A stretch of 64,000 nucleotides of DNA from Shigella phage JK55. The stretch lies in sequence record MK962758. One strand, written 5' to 3'. Position numbers and translations under genes: made by a program. Below, one piece after another: positions 43,455-53,534 of this stretch (position 1 is its first letter; each line of letters starts with the position of its first letter). The notes under the pieces were generated by a model, which worked only from the letters and a program-made list of their open reading frames with translations, did not search any database and was not told the origin of the DNA.

Positions 43455-44198
43455 ATGAGTAATATTATCGCATTTACTGGAAAGGCACGTTCTGGAAAAG
43501 ACACCTCATGTTCTATTGTGAAGAACATCTTAGAGGATGAGTACGGCTACAATGTTGCTGTAATGGCCTTTGCAGACAACCTTAAACTGTCTGCATCAAA
43601 GATATTTGACCTGACTTGGAATGACCTGTATGGTGAAACTAAAGAGACTCCACAGGTATTTAACTTATCATATCCTGAACTGATGTTTAAAGTTACGGAA
43701 GCTATGGAGTTCACCTTCAGAGATGAACGTTACCATATGGACTTCAAGCTTATGTCAGAGTTAACCGGACGATTAATCATGGAGCTTAAGAAGGTTGCTA
43801 AACCGACTCTATTGACACGTCTGGGGTTTAGCAAAAAGTATAAATTCTCATCAAGACAAATTCAACAGGTTTGGGGCACTGAAGTTGTCCGTAAAGTAAT
43901 GGGCGACAAGTTCTGGTCTAAAGACCTTGAAAAAAGAATGGTTAGATTCCATGAAATGTGCTCACTTAGAAATCAATATGGTTTTGTATTAATCAGTGAT
44001 TTAAGATTTGACTCTGAAGCTGAATGGCTGAGTAGATTTGCACACCAAACTATTGAAGTAAAAAGAGACAATGTGGACAAAGTTTCATCACATGTTTCAG
44101 AAAATGGGATTTCTACAAAATATGAGCGTGACATTATTCATAATAATGGTACTCTTGCAGACCTTGAGAACAAGCTAAGAGCCATCATTAAAGTTTAA
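43455..44198 (+). CDS. P-loop kinase (dNMP kinase-like)
   Basis: N-terminal Walker A AFTGKARSGKDT. Confidence 0.45.
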   Translation: MSNIIAFTGKARSGKDTSCSIVKNILEDEYGYNVAVMAFADNLKLSASKIFDLTWNDLYGETKETPQVFNLSYPELMFKVTEAMEFTFRDERYHMDFKLMSELTGRLIMELKKVAKPTLLTRLGFSKKYKFSSRQIQQVWGTEVVRKVMGDKFWSKDLEKRMVRFHEMCSLRNQYGFVLISDLRFDSEAEWLSRFAHQTIEVKRDNVDKVSSHVSENGISTKYERDIIHNNGTLADLENKLRAIIKV

Positions 44199-44206
44199 AA
44201 GAGAGA

Positions 44207-44407
44207 ATGAAGATGAGAGTAAAAGACAATTTTAAAGTTATTGACCACCGTTTAGTGGAACTCTCATCTCTTTCCAATGAGGTAATGATTGAACGTCTTA
44301 AGAGAGTTGAATCACGAAGGAAAGAGATTGCAGATGAAATTCATGAACTGGACAAGATTGAAAATGGATTGAAGGCAGAACTACAACGAAGAGGTGCTAA
44401 TGTCTAA
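44207..44407 (+). CDS. small coiled-coil protein
   Basis: 66-aa ORF. Confidence 0.4.
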   Translation: MKMRVKDNFKVIDHRLVELSSLSNEVMIERLKRVESRRKEIADEIHELDKIENGLKAELQRRGANV

Positions 44408-46385
44408 AGGTCGTAAATTGAAAGAGGCTGGTCAGTTTGTTGGTCATTGTGCATGTCCACGTTGTGGTTCATCAGATGCTGGTTCAATCTATCATCATGA
44501 CGATGATTCTTATTCGATGACTTGCTTTAGTTGTAAGAAAGGTTTCCCAGAGTGGGATTTTGATAAAGGACAAATCGTGAGCACTTATTCTACTGGTTCA
44601 GACAATAAAAACCGTACTTTCCGTGGAATGGATTTAGACGATGTAAAAGAAAACCTAGAAGCAATGGACTTGAAAGACAGGAAGATTCCTGCAAAAGTTC
44701 TTGAGCGTTTGGGTATTAAGGTTGACATTGACAGTGATGGTGAAATTGACGCACATTTCTACCCAACTTACAAACGTAATGAAGATGGTAAGCTAGAACA
44801 TGTTGGCTACCGTGTTCGTCACCGTTACCCAGAAGACCATCCAAAAGAGCACCTACGTGGTAAGCTAAAAGACTTTTCTGGTGGTGTTGGAGACATTAAA
44901 GGTGAACTGGCAATGTTTGGTTCATGGATTGCTCCAGAAGGTGGTAACCGTCTATTCATCTGGGAAGGTGAGATGGAATGTGCGACAGCAATCTACATGA
45001 CCTCTTTGGCGATTAAAGATAAGTCTCGTCGTAAGAATTACTGTCACGTATCTGTCCCATCAGGTGCAAACATTAAGTCTATCAAAGACAACTATCAGTA
45101 CATCACATCATTTGATGAGATTTACTTGTGCTTTGATAACGATGAAGCAGGTGCTAAAGCTACCAAAGAGGCTGCTGGCATTCTCCCTATCGAGAAGGTT
45201 CGTTTATTCCAGTATCCAGAAGGTGTAAAAGACCTTAACGAATGGTGGACAAAGTTCTATAAAGAGAAAGATACAGTTCTGGAAGGATTTAAGCAGCGTA
45301 TCTACAATGCACCTCGTTACTGTCCTGCTGGTATCAAGAACTTCGCAGATGGTTTTGAGGCAATGAAGAATCGTGGTCAGATTCCATTGATTCCTTTCCC
45401 AGAATCATTCGGAGATTTGAACAGACTGACTTATGGTGGTTATGGACTAGGTGAGATTACAACTCTGGCAGCACCATCTTCAGTGGGTAAATCAGCATAC
45501 ACTCGTGAAATGATTTACACAGCTTGGAAAGAAACCGATTACAATATTGGTGTAATTCCTGTAGAAGATACCTATGAAGAGTTGATGGAGATGCTCTGTG
45601 CAATCCACCTGAGCAAGCAGATTTCTGAGATTCCTTATGACGAACGTGATTGGGATGAATTGAAGGGAGCGCACGCAGAACTATCTAAAGGTCGTCGTAT
45701 CCACATCGTAGACCATCAAGGGGCAATTGACCAAGATAACTTACTGGAGTTTGTTGACTATCTTGTTAATAGCTTAGACTGTAAGATTATTATTCTTGAC
45801 CCTATTACGTTGGCTCTGTCACGTTCAGATACGGATGAAGAGGAAGTTTTGTCTGAGCTATTGCGTCGTTGCAAACGCTACCAGTATGCACAAGTGAACG
45901 TCTGTCACGTTCGTAAGAGTGCAGGTGGTCAGAAGGCTAACTCTGAAGGTGGGGATATCTCTGAAGAGGATATTAAAGGCTCTGGTGCGTATTTCCAGAT
46001 TTCTATGAACAACATTCTGTTAATGCGTAACAAGGTTGACCCAGACCCTGTTAAGAAAAACTTGACAAAAATCAAGCTAACTAAATGTCGTCGTCACGGT
46101 AAGTCAACGGGTATTGCTGGTCATACTTGGTACAATCCAGATACAGGACGCCTCATCAAAGCATCTGGTTGCGGAGTTGACATTGATGGTGCAGCAGAAA
46201 ATATTCGCCAACAGTTTGGTATTGGTGAAGCTGAAGACCATTACGATGACTCTTTGCCACATTATGAGGATGAAGTGTTTGACCGTGAGACTGGTGAAGT
46301 CTATACTGAAGAGCAGCGCCAAAGCTCAACGATTCCACCTGTATTAAGTGAGGATGCAGATGACTGCCCATTCGAAACTGAGTGA
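44400..46385 (+). CDS. bifunctional primase-helicase (T7 gp4-like)
   Basis: zinc ribbon CACPRCGSS...CFSCKKG, TOPRIM LFIWEGEMECATA and CFDNDEAGAKA, helicase Walker A APSSVGKSAYT; RBS gaggtg before ATG 44400. Confidence 0.8.
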   Translation: MSKGRKLKEAGQFVGHCACPRCGSSDAGSIYHHDDDSYSMTCFSCKKGFPEWDFDKGQIVSTYSTGSDNKNRTFRGMDLDDVKENLEAMDLKDRKIPAKVLERLGIKVDIDSDGEIDAHFYPTYKRNEDGKLEHVGYRVRHRYPEDHPKEHLRGKLKDFSGGVGDIKGELAMFGSWIAPEGGNRLFIWEGEMECATAIYMTSLAIKDKSRRKNYCHVSVPSGANIKSIKDNYQYITSFDEIYLCFDNDEAGAKATKEAAGILPIEKVRLFQYPEGVKDLNEWWTKFYKEKDTVLEGFKQRIYNAPRYCPAGIKNFADGFEAMKNRGQIPLIPFPESFGDLNRLTYGGYGLGEITTLAAPSSVGKSAYTREMIYTAWKETDYNIGVIPVEDTYEELMEMLCAIHLSKQISEIPYDERDWDELKGAHAELSKGRRIHIVDHQGAIDQDNLLEFVDYLVNSLDCKIIILDPITLALSRSDTDEEEVLSELLRRCKRYQYAQVNVCHVRKSAGGQKANSEGGDISEEDIKGSGAYFQISMNNILLMRNKVDPDPVKKNLTKIKLTKCRRHGKSTGIAGHTWYNPDTGRLIKASGCGVDIDGAAENIRQQFGIGEAEDHYDDSLPHYEDEVFDRETGEVYTEEQRQSSTIPPVLSEDADDCPFETE

Positions 46386-46794
46386 TAGTTATAAAAGAGA
46401 GGGGTTCACACCCTTCTTTGAAGAAAAAAGTTTAAATAAATTTCAGGAAGAGTGTTTGACAAAGATTGATAGATTCTATAGAATGCTCCTCATGAAATGC
46501 GATGGAGAGGTTGAGATAAAAGAAGATTTTCACCAGAGCATGATTACAGTCATCATTGCGCTGCCTCAGCATAATATTAGTTGGCTGTTTATAATTAAAG
46601 AAAATGTGTTTGAATATCAAGTATATCGGAGAATATCATGAAACACTCTAAAGCATTTGAAAAAGTTTTTGGGGATTCCTTAAAAGCCACTGCTGGAAAA
46701 CCAGCAAAATACTATGAAGAAAAACGTGTAAGAACTGGAAAAACTGCACGTAAAGCAGCTTCTAAAGATAAGCACAACTTCCAGTAATTAGTAT

Positions 46795-46823
46795 TTGACA
46801 ATAGAGTATCAACAAACTAGAAT
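46795..46823 (+). promoter_or_regulatory. sigma70-like promoter TTGACA-17-TAGAAT
   Basis: consensus -35, 17-nt spacer, near-consensus -10, 37 nt upstream of the 46860 gene. Confidence 0.5.
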
Positions 46824-46859
46824 TGGTACTCTTCATAAATTGAGATAGAGGTTTAAATA

Positions 46860-47717
46860 ATGTCTAAAGTTGTTAAAATGAAAGCTCCGGTAGAGAAATA
46901 CAATGGTACTGAACGCCAAACTCTGCGATACCTGCTGAAAGATGTCTGGTTTTATTACCTGAACACTTCACCACGTCCGGGAAAAGGTAAGTCTATTGAT
47001 AAGAAATTCCCAGGCAAAGACTGTAACTACAGCGTATCAATTCTGGCAGAAGACGGTAACAAACTGTTTAAAGAGTTTACTAAGTCTAAGAAAAATCCAG
47101 AAGGCTGGGATAAAGTCACTACTGAAGCAGTTGATGCAGATGACTTCGAAGAGAAGTTTGGTTGTAAACCACCTTTTGAAGCAGACACTTACTACATCTT
47201 GAAAGTAAGTCGTGCAGCAGCTTATAAAGATGGTGCTGTATGGACAGCTAAACAGTCATTCCCTGTGATGCTGATTGAAGAAGTAAATGGTAAGCGTGTA
47301 GCTGTTAAACAGCCGATGAAGAAAATCAAAGCTCAAGCATCTGATAAACATGAAGATGACAAGAACTATGATGTAATTCATCCAGATATTGCAGTCGGTA
47401 ACGGTTCTTTTGGTAGTGTGATTCTTTCTACTCACTTCTACACTTTTGAGAACAATGTTCTGACAAAACCTATTCAGGAACAGTTTATCATTGATACTCT
47501 TGTACCTTACACTGGTGGTAACGGTGCTAACGGTGAACCTGAACTGGATGAAGACGAACTGGCTATGCTTGGTCTTGATGGTGTCGAAGATAACGGTGAA
47601 ATCACTGAAGAAGATGCAACAGACCATAAATCTTCGAATGAGTCTGATGATGGTGATGATGAAGATTTGCCAGACCCAGATGACGAAGAAGATGAAGACT
47701 TCGATACAGAAGACTAA
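46860..47717 (+). CDS. single-stranded DNA-binding protein (acidic C-terminal tail)
   Basis: C-terminus DDGDDEDLPDPDDEEDEDFDTED; between primase-helicase and flap endonuclease. Confidence 0.45.
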   Translation: MSKVVKMKAPVEKYNGTERQTLRYLLKDVWFYYLNTSPRPGKGKSIDKKFPGKDCNYSVSILAEDGNKLFKEFTKSKKNPEGWDKVTTEAVDADDFEEKFGCKPPFEADTYYILKVSRAAAYKDGAVWTAKQSFPVMLIEEVNGKRVAVKQPMKKIKAQASDKHEDDKNYDVIHPDIAVGNGSFGSVILSTHFYTFENNVLTKPIQEQFIIDTLVPYTGGNGANGEPELDEDELAMLGLDGVEDNGEITEEDATDHKSSNESDDGDDEDLPDPDDEEDEDFDTED

Positions 47718-47735
47718 TCTCTAAAAGTTACTTTA

Positions 47736-47764
47736 AAGCCCTGTACTCAGTATGGGGCTTTTTC
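47736..47764 (+). terminator. intrinsic terminator
   Basis: aagccc ... gggctt followed by tttt. Confidence 0.5.
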
Positions 47765-47779
47765 ATATGGAGAGCCATA

Positions 47780-48820
47780 ATGGAGAAGTACACATTAACA
47801 AAGCTTCCCGATTCAGTTACACATGTTTTTATTGACTCTGACAGTATTGCCTATAAAGGTGCTTGTGTAGTTGAGAAAGCAAAGTATAAATATGTCAATA
47901 AACTCACAGCAGAAGAGTCTGAGCCATTTGATAATGCGAAAGATGCTGCAAGATGGTTAGCAGACCAGAGAATCCTTGTGGAAGAGCTTGGCCTGACATT
48001 TAATGAAGATGAATGGGAAAGGCAGACTTGGAAAGAAGCTAAGAGTGAAAAAGAAGCTATCATGGCTACTCAACAGGTTCTTCAGGAATGGCTTAAGGTT
48101 GTTGGTAAAGAGAGAATTTGGGTAGGTTATCTAACAGAGAAAGGTGTGCATAAGCATAAAGACATTAAAGGTCTTGAGCACCAATATCAAGGTAACCGTA
48201 AAGATGCTGTCACACCAACACACTTAGTTGCTTGTCGTGAGTATCTTCTGTCAAGACCAGAGTTCAAACTAATTCTTGATGGATTTGAAGCCGATTCTAT
48301 CGTTATTGCTAAAGCTGAAAAGATGGGTAAAAAGGCTGCCTTGATGAGTATTGATAAAGACCTTCGTCAAGCTGAAGGGACTTACTGCATTGATATGACC
48401 TATGAAAAGTCACCTTTGATTTTCATTGCTGACAACAACGTAGGTGAAATTTGGGATTGCCCAATAAAATCGACACCAAAAGCTAAGAAGACAGTTGGGG
48501 TAGGTTTTAAATTTCTTTGTTACCAAGCTGTGGCTGGTGATAATGCTGATAATTATTTTGGTTTAAAGGGCGTTGGTAAGGCTACTGTAATGAAAGCACT
48601 TGAAGGTAAAACCACCTACAAAGAGTGTCTTGATGCAATTTATGAGCTTTATGCTAAGAAAGAGTCATACACTTATGTCTCGTGGGATGGTCAAACAATT
48701 ACCAGAACACCTTTAGAGTTAATGCAGCAACACTTTTTCTTAGCTTATCAGGAAAGAAACAAGAAAGACGATTTCACTTTTAAGAAATATAATTGGGAGC
48801 CGTGTATGAATGAAGATTAA
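47780..48820 (+). CDS. 5'-3' exonuclease / flap endonuclease
   Basis: H3TH-like AGDNADNYFGLKGVGKATVMKAL. Confidence 0.6.
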   Translation: MEKYTLTKLPDSVTHVFIDSDSIAYKGACVVEKAKYKYVNKLTAEESEPFDNAKDAARWLADQRILVEELGLTFNEDEWERQTWKEAKSEKEAIMATQQVLQEWLKVVGKERIWVGYLTEKGVHKHKDIKGLEHQYQGNRKDAVTPTHLVACREYLLSRPEFKLILDGFEADSIVIAKAEKMGKKAALMSIDKDLRQAEGTYCIDMTYEKSPLIFIADNNVGEIWDCPIKSTPKAKKTVGVGFKFLCYQAVAGDNADNYFGLKGVGKATVMKALEGKTTYKECLDAIYELYAKKESYTYVSWDGQTITRTPLELMQQHFFLAYQERNKKDDFTFKKYNWEPCMNED

Positions 48821-49307
48821 AGGATTTGGCAATTGCCCTACCTATGGTCATTGGGTATCTTTATGTGGGGAAGTTGACCCCACTAAACATTTTGGTTTTG
48901 TCTATTTAGTGTACTGCAAAAAGACTGGACAGTATTATTTGGGTAAGAAACAGTTTAATAGCGTGACCAAAAGAAAAGTTGCTGGTAAGACTCGGAAGAA
49001 GATAGTCACTAAGGAAAGTGATTGGCTGACTTACGAGACTTCTTCTGAGTATATCAAAAAAGATATTGAGAGCTTTGGAAAAGAATCTTTTGACTTTTAC
49101 ATTATTCAGACCTACTACACAAAAGGTGGCCTAGTCTATGGTGAAGCAAACCTTCAACATAAATTCGATGTAATGACAAAAAGGATTGACTCGAAGCTCA
49201 GACTCTTCTACAATGCCAATATTGCAGCAATTAAGTTTATTACTAAAGAAACTTATGAAGATGCTGAAAAAAGAATCCATAAGGTAATGAAAGCAAATTG
49301 TGCTTGA
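48810..49307 (+). CDS. hypothetical protein (GIY-YIG-like N-terminus?)
   Basis: FGFVYLVYCKKTGQYYLGKK loosely resembles a GIY-YIG core. Confidence 0.3.
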   Translation: MKIKGFGNCPTYGHWVSLCGEVDPTKHFGFVYLVYCKKTGQYYLGKKQFNSVTKRKVAGKTRKKIVTKESDWLTYETSSEYIKKDIESFGKESFDFYIIQTYYTKGGLVYGEANLQHKFDVMTKRIDSKLRLFYNANIAAIKFITKETYEDAEKRIHKVMKANCA

Positions 49308-49313
49308 TAACTA

Positions 49314-49577
49314 TTGAGAGAGAATAAAATGTTTAACAAAAGTAAAGCTGTGAGTCATGTAGCAAAAGTTGACAGCAAGATTGAAGAACTTGAGCGCATC
49401 CTTGCAAATGCTAGAGAGTCAATAATTAAAGAAGTTGAAGCTGTTGAGTCTCAAATGCAGCACCTAATGCTTAAACGTCAAGAGCTACGTGAACATCTAG
49501 AATATATTGAAACACGAGAGCTAAAGGTTAACAAATATTTTAAGGAGTCCGAATGTTTAACTCAAGAGAATCAGTAA
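49314..49577 (+). CDS. small coiled-coil protein
   Basis: 87-aa ORF. Confidence 0.4.
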   Translation: MRENKMFNKSKAVSHVAKVDSKIEELERILANARESIIKEVEAVESQMQHLMLKRQELREHLEYIETRELKVNKYFKESECLTQENQ

Positions 49578-50308
49578 AAAACTGGAACCTTCGTTGTGGA
49601 AACACTCAAAAGCAACCTTACAGTGATGAGTATTGGGAATCTTTAAAATCTCAATCTCTGTGTATGCTTGAAGAAGCAAAAGAGCTTGTAAAAGCAATTG
49701 AAGAGAAAGACCCCATTGAGACACTGGATGCTCAGGCAGATTTGCAATATGTTCTTGACGGCTTGATTTATCTGTCACAACATGACCATAACGGTGCTAT
49801 GAAAGCTGTTTGCCGTAATAATGACCTGAAGTACACAGATGACTATGAAGAAGCTTTAAAACGTCTTGCAGACATTGAAAAGCGTACTGGTCAAGAGTGT
49901 ATTATCAGAATGTCAGTAGTTGATGGTAAAGAGTGGTATGCTATTGTTCGTGCAGCCGATGGGAAGATTATGAAGCAATCAAATCTCCCTAAAGTACAGC
50001 TTGGTGAATACATTGTAGAACTTGAAAGCCAAGAACTTTTTGTGGTAGTATCTGAGACATGCGTTATCTGCAAAGGTATTGTAGGTAGCTTAAAGGATTT
50101 GGGTGTAGATGGTTTTGTAGAAGTTAATCCAATTACCTCTAAAGCAGATAAAGACTTCTGTAAAGAGAACGGACTATGGATTGCAGATATTGTCTACTAT
50201 GATGGTGAGCAGTTCCATGTAACCTCATACCCGAAACTGAATTATGATGCTAATAACCTGAAGTGCTGGTTAAAAGGGGTTGGTTATAATGGATTCACAG
50301 AACATTAA
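49553..50308 (+). CDS. MazG-like nucleotide pyrophosphohydrolase domain protein
   Basis: LCMLEEAKELVKAIEEKDPIETLDAQADLQYVLDGLIYL resembles a MazG-type helical NTP-PPase core. Confidence 0.35.
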   Translation: MFNSRESVKNWNLRCGNTQKQPYSDEYWESLKSQSLCMLEEAKELVKAIEEKDPIETLDAQADLQYVLDGLIYLSQHDHNGAMKAVCRNNDLKYTDDYEEALKRLADIEKRTGQECIIRMSVVDGKEWYAIVRAADGKIMKQSNLPKVQLGEYIVELESQELFVVVSETCVICKGIVGSLKDLGVDGFVEVNPITSKADKDFCKENGLWIADIVYYDGEQFHVTSYPKLNYDANNLKCWLKGVGYNGFTEH

Positions 50309-50612
50309 TAAAGAGGGTGTGGCTCAGAAGAGCCACTTCTCAAACTACAATATTTCTATGACGGTGTTTATGAATGACCCGTTACTAGAAAAATATGGTG
50401 AGACTCCAGATACACTTCTGGACAATGAACAAGTTTTAAAAGCAGTCCTGTACAAATACGGTATTGATATTGAGAAAGAGTATTCTTTTGAAATCTGCCA
50501 ACACAGAAACACTTTTGGTAAAGTTGTGATGGCTCCACTCTTTATGGGCGTAGAAAGGACTGACTATGGCTGGTTGTATCTGAAAAGAAACTTGGAGAAA
50601 TACCGTGTCTAA
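50289..50612 (+). CDS. hypothetical protein
   Basis: ORF starting at ATG 50289, overlapping upstream stop. Confidence 0.4.
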   Translation: MDSQNINKEGVAQKSHFSNYNISMTVFMNDPLLEKYGETPDTLLDNEQVLKAVLYKYGIDIEKEYSFEICQHRNTFGKVVMAPLFMGVERTDYGWLYLKRNLEKYRV

Positions 50613-50940
50613 AGCAAAAAAGCTATCTTATGATGACATTATCTCAGGTGCTAAGTTAGGTGTTGATAGTATCGGACAAGAGGTTAAGCACGGAGACACA
50701 GTCATGTACTGTGATGACCGAAGAGGTAGAAGTGCAATCTTGTTTGGAAGAATTGTTTGCAAGATGAGAGGTAATTACGTTGTTGCAGACATGGATGTGA
50801 ACGTTACACAAAAACTTGAAACAATTATGGATGCTAGCGCACCATCATGGTTCCTAAATTGTATGCACACCTCGTCAGTCACAAAAGTAAGTGATAAGTT
50901 TTACGATATGTGGCAGAATGAGCAAATTTTCAAGATTTAA
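50605..50940 (+). CDS. hypothetical protein
   Basis: 111-aa ORF followed by terminator. Confidence 0.4.
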   Translation: MSKAKKLSYDDIISGAKLGVDSIGQEVKHGDTVMYCDDRRGRSAILFGRIVCKMRGNYVVADMDVNVTQKLETIMDASAPSWFLNCMHTSSVTKVSDKFYDMWQNEQIFKI

Positions 50941-50945
50941 ACTAT

Positions 50946-50968
50946 GGAGCCTCTTCGGAGGCTCTTTT
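50946..50968 (+). terminator. intrinsic terminator
   Basis: gagcctc-ttcg-gaggctc followed by tttt. Confidence 0.55.
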
Positions 50969-50986
50969 CATCTGTAGGATTCAAAA

Positions 50987-53221
50987 ATGATTAAGACAAT
51001 TAAAAAATCAAATGGTACAGTAGTAAGCTTTGACCCAGAAAGACTGAATAAGTGGGCATCATGGGCAGATAAACGTGGGATTATCTGGTCAGAAGTCACT
51101 ATGGAAGCTATGAAACGTGTCTATGAGGGTTGCACTACAAAAGAGATGCACCAAGCCATGATTGATGTTTGTGTTGATAAACAAACTCAAGAGTACTCAG
51201 ACATGGCTGGACGGCTACTTTTGGGTATTATCTACAAAGAAGCCTTTGGAGGCTTTACTAAAGTTCCTACACTGGTTACCTTCGTTAAAAATATGGAGAG
51301 AGCAGGACTTTGGGAGAAGATGGACTATTCACAGGAAGAGCTTGAATACCTGCAAGGGTACATTGTGCACTCAAAAGATATCTCTTATGGTTATGCAGTC
51401 CTGAAACAGTTCAGAGACAAGTATGGTATCCGTGATATTAAAACGGGAAGACTTTTTGAGTCACCACAGTTTATGTTTATGGGTATGGCTATGAAAGCCT
51501 TTGAGAAGCAACCAAAGCACCGTAGACTGCAAGATGTTATCAAGCTGTACACTTACCTATCTGACCTGAAGATTAACGCTCCTACGCCTTATCTGAATGG
51601 TTTAAGAGCCACTAAATCAGGTTATGCGTCATGCTGTTTGATTAAGGCAAATGATACTGCTGAATCACTTGGTATTGCTGCAAAGGTTGCTTATGATATG
51701 ACTACAAAGCAAGCTGGTATTGGGATGCTGATGGAGACTCGCACTATTGGTGATGGTATCCGTCAAAACACGATTGAACACATGGGTAAGCTACCTTATT
51801 ACAAGCTTGTACGTTCATCTGTAGAGGCAAACAAACAGAAGAGTCGTGGTGGTTCAGCTAATAACTTCTACACTGCTCTAGACCCGCAGATTGAAGATTT
51901 ACTGCGTTTGAAGCACCCTACAACGGTTCCTTCGAAACGTATTAATGAGATGGACTACTCATTTGGTACAAATGATTATTTCTGGCAGTGTGTTCAATAT
52001 GATACAGACTGGTTGCTATTCTCTTACAAGGATGCGCCAAAACTCTATGACATGTTTTACACAGCATCTGCTGATGAGTTTGCTATGGCAGTTGGTCATG
52101 CAGTGCATTCAGGTGTTAAGCACAGACGGGTGAAGGCTCGTGAAATTGCTAAACTATTTATCCAGCAGCGTTATGCAACAGGACGTGTGTATCCATTCTT
52201 CACTAACAATGCGAACACACATACACCATTTAAAGAACCATTGAAGATGTCAAATCTTTGTATGGAAATTGTGTTGCCAGTGTATGGTTTTGAGAAAGAG
52301 ACAGACCTTTACAGAGACGATGCTGTGAAAGAGGATGGTGAGGTGGCTCTTTGCTTCCTAGCTAGTTTGGTTGCAGGGAGAATTTCAGAAGATGAATACG
52401 CTGACGTTGCTTATTATGCTCTTGCAATGGTTGACTCCGTTATTGACCTTATGGATTATCCGTATCCGTCGATGCGTAACCATGTTCAGAAGCGTCGTTC
52501 TGTTGGGATTGGCCTTACAAATGTGGCTCATTACCTTGCGAAGAACTACGTGAACTACTCTTCACGAGCAGGTAAAACGAAACTTCATGAACTGGCAGAG
52601 ATGCACTCTTACTATCTGCATGAAGCCTCTCTGAGACTTGCTAAAGAGCGTGGCGTTCCAGAGTACATGAAGTTCACTAAGTATCCTGAAGGCTGGGTTC
52701 CTCCAAAGACAGCTAACAAGAAGATTGATGATAAGCATGATGCAAAACTAAGATATGATTGGGATGACTTAGCACAACGTATCAAAGAAAACGGTGGCAT
52801 CCGAAACTCTGTACTTGAGGCTTATATGCCTAATGAGAGTTCTTCACTGGCAACTAATACGACAAATGGCTTGTACCCAATTCGTGACTTTATTTTAACT
52901 AAAAAGTCTGCAACTGGTAACGTACTGTTTATTGTTCCAGATTATGAAGAACTGAAGTATGTCTATGAAATTGCTTGGGATATTGACACCTTTGATATGA
53001 TTGATTGTTATGCAATTGTTCAAAAGTTCACTGGTCAGGCTATCTCTTCAGACTTCTATGTTGACTATGCAAAGTCTAAGAAGGTATCATTGGCTCAAGC
53101 TTTGAAGTACATGATTTATGCCAACTCGGTAGGTATGAAAACCATGTACTACCTTAACAGTCGCATTGGTGTAGGTAAATCTGCACTGCAAGATGCTTAT
53201 TGCGAGGGTTGTGGTGTTTAG
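50987..53221 (+). CDS. nrdA: ribonucleotide reductase class I large subunit
   Basis: N-terminal ATP-cone MIKTIKKSNGTVVSFDPERL, catalytic NLCMEI, C-terminal Cys pair YCEGCGV. Confidence 0.9.
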   Translation: MIKTIKKSNGTVVSFDPERLNKWASWADKRGIIWSEVTMEAMKRVYEGCTTKEMHQAMIDVCVDKQTQEYSDMAGRLLLGIIYKEAFGGFTKVPTLVTFVKNMERAGLWEKMDYSQEELEYLQGYIVHSKDISYGYAVLKQFRDKYGIRDIKTGRLFESPQFMFMGMAMKAFEKQPKHRRLQDVIKLYTYLSDLKINAPTPYLNGLRATKSGYASCCLIKANDTAESLGIAAKVAYDMTTKQAGIGMLMETRTIGDGIRQNTIEHMGKLPYYKLVRSSVEANKQKSRGGSANNFYTALDPQIEDLLRLKHPTTVPSKRINEMDYSFGTNDYFWQCVQYDTDWLLFSYKDAPKLYDMFYTASADEFAMAVGHAVHSGVKHRRVKAREIAKLFIQQRYATGRVYPFFTNNANTHTPFKEPLKMSNLCMEIVLPVYGFEKETDLYRDDAVKEDGEVALCFLASLVAGRISEDEYADVAYYALAMVDSVIDLMDYPYPSMRNHVQKRRSVGIGLTNVAHYLAKNYVNYSSRAGKTKLHELAEMHSYYLHEASLRLAKERGVPEYMKFTKYPEGWVPPKTANKKIDDKHDAKLRYDWDDLAQRIKENGGIRNSVLEAYMPNESSSLATNTTNGLYPIRDFILTKKSATGNVLFIVPDYEELKYVYEIAWDIDTFDMIDCYAIVQKFTGQAISSDFYVDYAKSKKVSLAQALKYMIYANSVGMKTMYYLNSRIGVGKSALQDAYCEGCGV

Positions 53222-53276
53222 TTTTAACAACTATGAGGGTCGTAAAAGACCCTCTAAAAATAACTTTGGAGAGACC

Positions 53277-53534
53277 ATGAAAGACTTAATAGAAAAACAT
53301 GAGCGGCCTATATACTTGCTCCACAAGCCTCGGAAAACGATGTACTATGTGAGTAGCACAGATATGATGATAAAACAAAATGATGACTCATGGGTTGCTG
53401 GTATCTCTTACATCTCTACAGCAGATGGTAAAATCTACGCAAGACCTTATGAGATGTTTAACAAAGAAAACTGGGAAGTTTTAGACAGAAAACAAGCCCG
53501 AGAAATGATAAAGAAAGGAGAAATCACGCTATGA
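53277..53534 (+). CDS. hypothetical protein between nrdA and nrdB
   Basis: ATG 53277 with RBS ggagag; ORF-track start 53193 overlaps nrdA. Confidence 0.4.
   Translation: MKDLIEKHERPIYLLHKPRKTMYYVSSTDMMIKQNDDSWVAGISYISTADGKIYARPYEMFNKENWEVLDRKQAREMIKKGEITL

Noticed and set aside
46348-46641. 97-aa ORF overlapping the 3' end of the primase-helicase gene
   Set aside because: Begins inside the primase-helicase gene in another frame with no obvious RBS; a short translatable stretch may exist after 46385 but support is weak.
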